A DNA stretch of 14,339 nucleotides from an uncultured Deferribacteres bacterium (GTDB lineage Bacteria > Zhuqueibacterota > Zhuqueibacteria > Zhuqueibacterales > Geothermadaptataceae): positions 1 to 14,339 of the forward strand of contig CAXHAT010000202.1 in the NCBI GenBank assembly GCA_964014485.1, written 5' to 3'. Below are positions 1 to 7,487 of the stretch, in pieces. Numbering within the stretch: the stretch's first letter is position 1; every line of letters starts with the position of its first letter. Both the position numbers and the translations under genes were made by a program. The notes beneath the pieces are model-generated. The model made no database searches, was not told the origin of the DNA, and saw only the letters and a list, made by a program, of their open reading frames with translations.

Positions 1-162
1 GTCCCTCCGGGACAAGGTGCAAGTTATCCACAACCTTTTTATCGCGCGTGCGCCTTCTCGGGAATGACTGTGGGCAAGGGCTTTTACACTTGAAATTACT
101 TCGTAAAAAACCAACCCAGTCAATCGTGTTTATCCCGTCCGAAAACAAACTCCGTAAGTTCA

Positions 163-1362
163 ATGCTTTCCTATAAAACAGATTTCTTAAAATTCATTTG
201 TCAGACTTCAGACGAACCGATGGGGCTGGACGTGGTTCGCGGCGAAGGACCGTACGTTTTTACCCGCGACGGACGGCGCTACCTCGACCTGATTTCCGGC
301 ATCGGCGTGGTCAATATCGGCCACGGGCGGCGTGAAATTATCAACGCAATTCGCGAGCAATCCGAGCAGTACTTGCACCCAATGGTTTATGGCGAGTTTG
401 TCATGAGTCCGCAAGTCGCGTATGCCAAAGTACTGGCGGAAATCCTGCCCGGCGAGATCGACAATATTTTCTTCTGTAACAGCGGCGCCGAGGCGGTGGA
501 AGGCGCGATCAAAACCGCTCGCAAATTCACCGGACGAAAGCGCGTTTTTAGTTTCGACGGTTGCTATCACGGCGACACGTTCGGCGCGCTGTCGCTGCAA
601 TCGGAGTCGAACTACAAAACGCCGTTTGAGCCTTTGCTGCCCGAAACGGCGTCGTTAAAATGGCATTCCTTCGAAGCGCTCTCTCAGATTGATGAACAAA
701 CTGCAGGCGTGGTCATCGAGCCGATTCAAGGCGAAGGCGGCGTGCGCATCCCAGGCAAGGAATTTATGATTGCCTTGCGAGATCGCTGCACGGAAACAGG
801 CGCGCTGCTGATTTTCGACGAAGTGATGACCGGTTTTGGCCGAACGGGGAAGCTTTTCGCGGCGGAGCATTTTGATGTCACGCCGGACGTCATTGTGCTG
901 GCAAAAGCCTTGGGCGGTGGATTGCCGTTGGGCGCTTTCGCTGCCCAGAAAAACGTGATGAAAACGCTGTCTGAAAATCCGCCCCTGGCGCACGTGACGA
1001 CTTTTGGCGGCAATCCGCTTTGCTGCGCCGCCGGTCACGCTGGATTGAAAATTTTGCTTAAAGAAAAGCTGGCGGAAAATGCGGTAAAGATTGGGGCGCG
1101 CTTCAACGCAGGTTTTTCAGAGCTGCGCAAGATGTTCGATTTTCTCAAGGAAATCCGCCAAATTGGCTGCTTCATCGGCGTTGATTTTGAACGAGGCGAG
1201 CAAACCATGAAATTCGCCAAGAATTGTCTGGAAAACGGCTTGATCGTCGGCTGGACGCTGCATCATTCAAACATTCTGCGCATGGCCCCGCCGCTGATTT
1301 TAACAAACGACGAAATTGACGACGCGCTTGAAATCATGAAATCGGCGCTCCGAAAAATTTGA
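163..1362 (+). CDS. Class-III PLP-dependent aminotransferase (acetylornithine/putrescine aminotransferase-like)
   Basis: 399-aa ORF with the family motifs YLDLISGIGVVNIGH, FFCNSGAEAVEGAIK, YHGDT, VIEPIQGEGG, LIFDEVMTGFGRTG, PLP-lysine motif LAKALGGG, TTFGGNP and LRMAPPL. Substrate (ArgD vs PatA vs other) cannot be resolved by eye. Confidence 0.92.
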   Translation: MLSYKTDFLKFICQTSDEPMGLDVVRGEGPYVFTRDGRRYLDLISGIGVVNIGHGRREIINAIREQSEQYLHPMVYGEFVMSPQVAYAKVLAEILPGEIDNIFFCNSGAEAVEGAIKTARKFTGRKRVFSFDGCYHGDTFGALSLQSESNYKTPFEPLLPETASLKWHSFEALSQIDEQTAGVVIEPIQGEGGVRIPGKEFMIALRDRCTETGALLIFDEVMTGFGRTGKLFAAEHFDVTPDVIVLAKALGGGLPLGAFAAQKNVMKTLSENPPLAHVTTFGGNPLCCAAGHAGLKILLKEKLAENAVKIGARFNAGFSELRKMFDFLKEIRQIGCFIGVDFERGEQTMKFAKNCLENGLIVGWTLHHSNILRMAPPLILTNDEIDDALEIMKSALRKI

Positions 1363-1399
1363 AAATTGACGGCATTAAACGAATCAAAAGGCCTCAGAA

Positions 1400-1720
1400 T
1401 TGAAGGGACTATCTGTTCGTCATATTTTCGAAAATGAAATCGAAGCCTACTGCGCGATGCGCCTGCGTCTCTGGCCTGAGGGAACAATGGACGAGTTTAA
1501 GGGCGAGCTTGACCAGATGCTCAAAATGCCGGAAATGTTCGCTATGCTTGTTTGCGTCACCAAAAGCGGTGAGATGATCGGCTTTATCGAACTGGCGCGG
1601 CGTGAAGAATCGACGGAACTGCCCATCCGTCGTATCGGCTATATCGAGGGTTGGTATGTCGAACCGGAATATCGCAAAAAAGGCGTCGGGCGAGTGCTGG
1701 TAGTGCTTTGTCAATCCTGA
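1400..1720 (+). pseudogene. GNAT acetyltransferase, AAC(6')-I-like, C-terminally truncated by IS630 fragment
   Basis: Motifs MRLRLWP, GEMIGFIEL and GYIEGWYVEPEYRKKGVGRVLV (motif A). The normal C-terminal part is missing; after ..CTG GTA (TA at 1701-1702) the sequence switches to IS630-type end sequence and stops at 1720. Confidence 0.75.
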
Positions 1721-1830
1721 ACTTTGGGTGCTGTCTTTTTAGTTTAATTCGCGCGTCTTTCGTTTGAAATCTCCAATCGACGGCTTTGTTTTTTTCGTTT
1801 CTTTCTTTGTACCAGACCATCTCTAACGTC
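1701..1830 (-). mobile_element. IS630-family transposase 3' remnant with terminal inverted repeat
   Basis: Minus-strand translation WYKERNEKNKAVDWRFQTKDARIKLKRQHPK matches the IS630 C-terminal signature (W..ERN....V.W.F.T.DARIKLK.LYP). It ends in TA-GTGCTTTGTCAA (1701-1714), consistent with a TA target and IS630 end. The catalytic portion is absent. Confidence 0.8.
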
Positions 1831-1831
1831 A

Positions 1832-3472
1832 AAATGCATCCTCACGATCTTATCCATATTCGCAACAACCCTTTTTCGCCCAGTAAACGGACGACCGCGG
1901 CGGCGTGCAACCCCGCGAACCAGCTCCGCCGCCCGTAGTCAAGGGCGCTGAAATCGTCGGGAAGCGCACGCTGGACAGTAAAACCTGGTTCAATCCCAAC
2001 AGCAACACCGTCACCATTGAAACGAGCACCGGCTACATGCACTGGCGCGATCAAGCGGGGCGATTCCATGAAATCGACCGCAACATCGCGCTCAAGCCTG
2101 ACAGCTCCGGCTATGCAGCGCGGCCAAAGGACTTTACAAATCCGAATTTGCTTTCGACCTGACAAGCGAAGAGTGGCCAGTCGTTTTTCAAACCCACGAC
2201 AGCGCTTTTTTTCGTGCAAGATTTAAGGGCTTCGCCTACTACAACAGCGCCAACAAAAAGCTGGAGATTATTTACGACGCACAACCTGCACAAGCGCAAG
2301 CCGAAGGCAACAAAATTCGCTACACGAATGCCGTTGCCAACTTTGATCTAGAGTATACCTACCACGATGACCGCTTGAAACAGTGGGCTTATTTGAAACA
2401 AGGATTTAGAGACGTCCTGCCTTCAGCGCCGCGAGGCTGGAAAGCTGATAGAACCTGGCTCATGATGCTCTCAGAAATTGAGGTGGAAGGCGAACTGGAG
2501 TCCTTTGTTGATGACACGCTTGTTTCGGAGAAGAAAAACGGCAAAAAACTGAAACTTGAATTCGAAGGCAAGAAACGACTGCGTTTCAGAGACGAGGCTG
2601 GTAAAGACAAATTTTCCTTGCCCAAAGACCTTGCCTTCCATTCCGCGCGCGATCAGGCAACAACGGAAATGCACCGTTTTTTCTATGAGAATGACGGCAA
2701 GAGCTACATGATCACCGGCGTTTCGCTTGAGTGGCTCAACGACCAGCCCGCCGGAACCATCGTCCTCGATCCGACCATCGAACTCGCCCAGGCTTCGGAT
2801 GACGTCTGGATTGAACACAACAAAACCGCCACCTTCGACGGCAATAGCGAAATCCGCATTGGCCGCAACGGATCGTCCGATTGGAAACGCAGTCTGGTTC
2901 GCTTTGATCTCGCTGACATTCCTTCCGGCGCGGAAATCACCAGCGCCAGTCTGCAGCTCTACTTCTACGGCGTAGACGGAACGCCGGTCAATCGCACCGT
3001 GAATTGCTACCAGGTGCTGAAAAACTGGGAAGAAGGCGAAGCCAATTGGGAAGAACGCAAGGAAGAAATCTTCTGGGGAACTTTCGGCGTAGGGCTGGAT
3101 GACGTTGACGCCAAAACAACCGCCGAAGACGCGCAAGACTGGGACGACGAATACCCGACCTGGAAAAGCTACGATCTCACCGACCTGACGCAAATGTGGC
3201 TCGACGGCACGGAAAACAACTACGGCGTTGCCCTTTGGGCCACCAATGAAGACGACTACACCGACAAAGACGAAAAGCTCATTTACTCTTCCGAATATAC
3301 CGGCGATCCCAGCCTGCGCCCTAAGTTGGTCGTGAGTTATACGCTCAACCCATTGGCTGAAATCGCCTACGACGAACTCAGGAGACCGACTTCGATCACC
3401 TTCGCCAACGGCGTGGTTGAGACCACTTCTACTCCCCGACTTCAAAATAGCCGTCGCGTTGATGCATTTTGA
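1832..3472 (+). pseudogene. Degenerate secreted DNRLRE-domain protein, N-terminal part of an RHS/YD-repeat-type gene
   Basis: Signal-peptide-like KCILTILSIFATTLF(fs)AQ* at 1832-1886. Frame of 1905: EIVGKRTLDSKTWFNPNSNTVTIETSTGYMHWRDQAGRFHEID, typical of wall-associated RHS N-termini. One-base frameshift near 2113-2125 into a frame open 2102-3472 (KGLYKSEFAF...IVLDPT). Then a DNRLRE-type domain (RSLVRFDLADIPSGAEITSASLQLY, WEEGEANW, DLTDLTQMWLDG..NYGVAL, SSEY..DPSLRPKLVVSY) and one YD-like repeat start (YDELRRPTSITFANGV) before truncation. Confidence 0.75.
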
Positions 3473-3500
3473 TCAGCTAAATTGAACTCAGCGGAGTTAC

Positions 3501-3529
3501 TTGACTTTTCGCCGAATGAAGGTTATTTT
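3501..3529 (+). promoter_or_regulatory. Putative sigma70 promoter for the DUF4178-led cluster
   Basis: TTGACT (3501-3506), 17-nt spacer, TATTTT (3524-3529). About 105 nt upstream of the ATG at 3635, which has the SD GAGGAG (3623-3628). Confidence 0.55.
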
Positions 3530-3634
3530 GAGCAGATTTCAATAAGCAAAAGAAAGAATAAGAACGTCTGGTTTCACCGAAACATCATCCACGTTCCGGC
3601 GTAGGGTCTCGGGGAATTTATTGAGGAGAATAAA

Positions 3635-4174
3635 ATGGCTTTGATGGATTTTTTTAAGAAAGACGAGAAAGAAGAATTTGATCCGCTGGCCGACCTTGAA
3701 TTGTCCAAGCTCAAGGTTGGCTTTTTTTTGGATTATGACATGAAAACCTGGGAAGTCACCGCCTGGAACAAGTACGATCTTGACGGCGACATTGTCAACG
3801 AATGGGAGTTGACGTCCGGGCGCGAAAAATGGTATTTAGAACGCGCCGAAGACGACGACGTCGAATGGACGTTTTCAAAAAAAGTTCCGTTTGGCATGCT
3901 TGGCTCCGGCGTTCGGCAGCATATTATTGACAATGAAGATCCGCCCGAAGAAATTACATTAAAAGATACAACCTACTATCTTGACGAGTCCGGCCCCGGA
4001 CAACTCTACGCCAATGGCCGCGGCGTTCCGAAGCCTTTTGTTTATTGGACATTCATCGATGAAAACGATGAGAAATTTGTCACCATTGAGCAGTGGGGCG
4101 AAGAAGAGTTTGAAGCGGCCGCCGGGACATATGTCGAAGAGTACCAGTTTACCAATATTTTGCCGGCGGCCTAG
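3635..4174 (+). CDS. DUF4178 domain protein
   Basis: 179-aa acidic protein with LKVGFFLDYDMKTWEV..Y, EWEL, WYLE..EDDD.EW, PPEEI...YYLDESG, YW.F.DE..KFVTIEQWGEEEFE. Strong SD. Context next to DUF350, spermidine synthase and PspA fits the family. Confidence 0.8.
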   Translation: MALMDFFKKDEKEEFDPLADLELSKLKVGFFLDYDMKTWEVTAWNKYDLDGDIVNEWELTSGREKWYLERAEDDDVEWTFSKKVPFGMLGSGVRQHIIDNEDPPEEITLKDTTYYLDESGPGQLYANGRGVPKPFVYWTFIDENDEKFVTIEQWGEEEFEAAAGTYVEEYQFTNILPAA

Positions 4175-4278
4175 AAATCAGAGAGCTTTGAAATTTTTGA
4201 GTGTTAGATCAATGGGAAGATCGTTCTGCGATTGAATCAATCCAACACTCCGTTTTCAAAATTAGAGGAGTCTGAGTC

Positions 4279-5016
4279 ATGAAAAAATTAACTGTTTTTG
4301 GCGTGTTCTTCGCTTTGTTTTTGGGCGCTTGCGGTGCTGATACGCCGGTGAAACGGTTGCAAAGCGATCTTGATAGCTTTCCGGAATACAGCATCGTACT
4401 CCAGGACATGAAAGAAGAAGGCAATTTCTTTTCGGACTATTTTCACCGTTACAAAGTCATCACCGGCGAAAAAGTTGACGGTGCAGACAGCGTGAGCTAT
4501 CGTACGGAAATTCTAGAGTGGGAGCAGGTCGAAGAAAAATTTTACAAGGACCACGCAAACTATTTAGGGATGGTTTTGGCTTCCAAAGGCCCGGACGGCA
4601 AGGTGAGCGATTCGAAGGAACCCCCGGGCTATCAATACGTCGGCAATCCGCAATACGGAACATGGCGAACCGATAACAGTGGCAACTCGTTTTGGGCTTG
4701 GTACGGCAAGTACGCGATGATGAGCAGCGTTTTCGGCATGTTTAACCGCCCAATTTACCGCAACGATTTTGATGACTATCGCAGCTATCGCCGCAGCGGG
4801 CGGCCGTATTACGGCAGCAACAATCGGTACGGCACGAGCGGCAGTTACACACAACAATCCAACAAGTCTTTCTATGACCGGCGTGTTGCGAAAGAGACCG
4901 CAAAAAAGCAAAGTTTCGCCGAAAAAGTAAAACAGCGCTCCCGCAAAACCAATACGCGTACTTCTCGCAGCAATATGAGCAGCGTCCGCAGCCGCAGCAG
5001 CCGAGGAGGGAAGTAA
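4279..5016 (+). CDS. Uncharacterised lipoprotein with Tyr/Gly-rich middle and Arg/Ser-rich basic tail
   Basis: Signal peptide with lipobox LGAC (Cys18), PPGYQYVGNPQYG.W...FWAWYGKY motif, tail ..SSVRSRSSRGGK. SD GAGGAG upstream. Confidence 0.8.
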   Translation: MKKLTVFGVFFALFLGACGADTPVKRLQSDLDSFPEYSIVLQDMKEEGNFFSDYFHRYKVITGEKVDGADSVSYRTEILEWEQVEEKFYKDHANYLGMVLASKGPDGKVSDSKEPPGYQYVGNPQYGTWRTDNSGNSFWAWYGKYAMMSSVFGMFNRPIYRNDFDDYRSYRRSGRPYYGSNNRYGTSGSYTQQSNKSFYDRRVAKETAKKQSFAEKVKQRSRKTNTRTSRSNMSSVRSRSSRGGK

Positions 5017-5067
5017 ACAGTAGCATGTAAGCAGTGTATTGCTCGCTGCTTACAGCTCACTGTCTAC
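5013..5067. repeat. Intergenic imperfect palindrome
   Basis: GTAAACAGTAGCATGTAAGCAGTG (5013-5036) pairs with CGCTGCTTACAGCTCACTGTCTAC (5044-5067). Confidence 0.6.
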
Positions 5068-5140
5068 GAAAAATAGAACCGCTCATTCCGAAAAGTTTAC
5101 TTCACAAAAAGCCGCCTGGCTTATATTTCCGGAGGGTAAA

Positions 5141-5983
5141 ATGTCACTCGACCAAATCATTACCGCGTTGGTTTATCTTGCCGCCGTGTTTTTTGTTTTC
5201 ATCATCGGAAAGTTCGTTTTTGATAAAATAAACCGACGCTTCGATCTCAAACATGAGCTTTTGCAGAACGATAATTTCGCGTTGGCGCTGACTGTTGTCG
5301 GCTATTATTCCGGGCTGATTTTCGCGCTTGGAGGCGTGCTTTACGGCGACTCAGCCGGGCTCGTTAACGATCTCATTGATATCGTGCTTTATGGCCTGAT
5401 GGCGATCATTCTGCTCAATTTGTCAGGTATTATCAACGACAAGATCGTCCTGCACACTTTTGATAACACCAAAGAAATTATCGACGACCGCAATGCGGGC
5501 ACCGGCGCTATTGAAGGGGCGAATTATCTGGCGTCTGGCCTCATGATTTCCGGGGCCATTTCGGGCGAAGGCGATGTGGTGACGGCGCTGGCGTTTTGGG
5601 CTCTTGGGCAAGCCGCCATCGTTGTCGGCAGCAAAATCTACAATCTGATCACGCCGTTTGATGTTCACGCCGAAGTGGAAAAAGACAATGTCGCGGTTGG
5701 CGTGGCTTTCGCAGGCGTTTTGGTGGCGATTGGCAACGTTGTGCGCGTCGGCGTTTCCGGCGATTTTGTCTCCTGGAGCGAAAATCTGGCTGTCTTTATC
5801 GTAGTCGTTGTGTTTGGCTTCATCCTGCTGCCAGTCGTGCGATACATCACCGACAAAATGCTTTTGCCGGGAGAAAAACTGACCGATGAATTGATCAACC
5901 AGGAAACGCCCAATGTCGGCGCTGGGGCGATTGAGGCATTTTCCTACGTCGCGGCGTCGTTTCTTATCGGGTGGGTGATATAA
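5141..5983 (+). CDS. DUF350 family multi-pass membrane protein
   Basis: Likely start is ATG 5141 after SD GGAGG, rather than 5039. About 8 hydrophobic helices and four repeats of (F)D..xE...N.A.G/A (FDLKHELLQNDNFALAL, FDNTKEIIDDRNAGTGA, FDVHAEVEKDNVAVGV, EKLTDELINQETPNVGAGA). Confidence 0.88.
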   Translation: MSLDQIITALVYLAAVFFVFIIGKFVFDKINRRFDLKHELLQNDNFALALTVVGYYSGLIFALGGVLYGDSAGLVNDLIDIVLYGLMAIILLNLSGIINDKIVLHTFDNTKEIIDDRNAGTGAIEGANYLASGLMISGAISGEGDVVTALAFWALGQAAIVVGSKIYNLITPFDVHAEVEKDNVAVGVAFAGVLVAIGNVVRVGVSGDFVSWSENLAVFIVVVVFGFILLPVVRYITDKMLLPGEKLTDELINQETPNVGAGAIEAFSYVAASFLIGWVI

Positions 5984-6076
5984 TTTACGATTGCCCCAAT
6001 TAGTTTTTTGATGAAACTGCAGCGCGTTCGGCCTACTTGTTTAGGGTGATGAATTCAAAATTATCAATCAACATGT

Positions 6077-6106
6077 TGTAGGGGTTCAATATTTTGAACC
6101 CCTACA
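6077..6106. repeat. GTAG-type REP-like palindrome
   Basis: TGTAGGGGTTCAA-TATT-TTGAACCCCTACA, a perfect 13-bp stem with GTAG/CTAC ends. Confidence 0.75.
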
Positions 6107-6506
6107 TTTGGTATGCCGGTCACTCAGAGCCTATGTTTTTGAACAGCTCCATAAATTCCTAAATTTAGGACGAACAGCTCGCGATTCTCATAAATGAGAT
6201 TTCGGGTGCCAAGCTCACCCGAACAAAAACAATTTAAATAACGAAATCTCAGCTCAATTCTGCTAAAACCCCGCCTACAGCTTTTCTCCCGTTTACGGTA
6301 CTATAGTTGCCCATACTCTTGCCAACCTTTTCCAAATAATCGAAAAATCATTTATCGAAGGTTTACCGACAAGCCTTTTTTGAATTTGTGGCGAACGCCG
6401 GCGAATTCAAGACGACAATTCTGAAGTTCTCAAAGAAACCCCAATTATATAGATTTCATTGTTCAGTAGCATTGTTTCTGTTAACATTTGACGGAGGAGA
6501 TTTGTT

Positions 6507-7079
6507 ATGAGAAACCGCAAATTGCTCGTCTTGTTCTCATCGGCCATCCTGATTTTTTTTCTTAATTCATGCGGCGATATGAGAGAACAATCCGATGACG
6601 CGCTATCTGGTGGAACAGAGTTCAAATCCAATCATGGGCAGGCTGGAGTGATTGATGACGTTTCCGAAAAGAATATTTTGCAGATAGCTGTCGGTTCCGC
6701 CGATCATACGACTCTTGTTGCTGCTGTGAAAGCCGCTGGTTTGGAGAATGTCTTGGTCAATCCCGGCCCATTGACGGTTTTCGCGCCAAACAATGCTGCA
6801 TTTGAGAAGTTACCTGCGGGGACAGTTGAAGAACTGCTGAAACCGGAAAACAAGGGAAAGCTGGCTACAATCGTAACTTCACACGCGTCGCCTGGAACAT
6901 TTATGGGAGATCTTCTGGCTGACGGAACAAAGATTTATCTGGCGACAGGTCAATATGTAGATGTAGTAGTCAAAGACGGCGATACTTACATTAACGGCGC
7001 AAAAATACTCGGTACTGTTGACGCTTCCAATGGCGTTGTTCATGTCATCGATCAGGTTTTTCTGTTTCCTGAAAAATAA
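6507..7079 (+). CDS. Fasciclin (FAS1) domain lipoprotein
   Basis: Lipobox LNSC. FAS1 motifs TTLVAAVKAAGL, GPLTVFAPNNAAF (H1) and ASNGVVHVIDQV (H2). SD GGAGGAG upstream. Confidence 0.93.
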   Translation: MRNRKLLVLFSSAILIFFLNSCGDMREQSDDALSGGTEFKSNHGQAGVIDDVSEKNILQIAVGSADHTTLVAAVKAAGLENVLVNPGPLTVFAPNNAAFEKLPAGTVEELLKPENKGKLATIVTSHASPGTFMGDLLADGTKIYLATGQYVDVVVKDGDTYINGAKILGTVDASNGVVHVIDQVFLFPEK

Positions 7080-7136
7080 AAGCGCAGGCCGGCTCTAAAA
7101 TACAGTTATCGTTTGACTCTGACTTTGAGCGTTGGA

Positions 7137-7176
7137 AACGACAAAAGGGAATCAAAATGGATTCCCTTTTGTCGTT
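7137..7176. terminator. Intrinsic (probably bidirectional) terminator after fasciclin gene
   Basis: Perfect 17-bp stem AACGACAAAAGGGAATC / GATTCCCTTTTGTCGTT with a 6-nt loop and A- and T-tracts flanking the core stem. Confidence 0.75.
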
Positions 7177-7439
7177 AATCCTCATATGCTGCGATTTCTC
7201 ACATCTATTCACCTTACCTCTTTTACGGGGCTTGCTTTAGGATTTATGAATCCGGCAATGGTTAGTCGTGCTCATTTCGCCAATGTTTACGCGCAAAAGC
7301 GATCAAAAAATTCTTCAATAAAAATTGCCGCATCAATAGTTGTTTTCATAACACAGGCCGTCTCTAAATTCGTTGTGTTTAGTTCCATATTTTGCTACTG
7401 TATTTTGCAACGAATGAACGGCGGCTATGACGATAGAGA

Positions 7440-7482
7440 AAATTTCATGAAATTTGAACCCGCCTCAACATTTTTCCATAAT
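7440..7482 (+). promoter_or_regulatory. Putative sigma70 promoter with overlapping 16-bp palindromic operator
   Basis: TTGAAC (7454-7459), 17-nt spacer, CATAAT (7477-7482). Perfect palindrome AAATTTCATGAAATTT at 7440-7455. Confidence 0.5.
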
Positions 7483-7487
7483 ATTTT

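Noticed and set aside
24..32. Perfect DnaA box TTATCCACA
   Set aside because: Single copy, with no box cluster, AT-rich unwinding element or dnaA context visible, so it is insufficient for an origin call.
1..70. Short palindrome GTCCCTCCGGGAC and a GGGAATGAC motif resembling REP-like repeats
   Set aside because: Cut by the window edge and too short to define an element.
2471..3445. 324-aa minus-strand ORF
   Set aside because: Antisense shadow of the DNRLRE coding frame, with no recognisable motifs.
5039..5140. N-terminal extension of the DUF350 ORF from TTG 5039
   Set aside because: It runs through an intergenic hairpin, whereas ATG 5141 has a good SD and starts the first TM helix.
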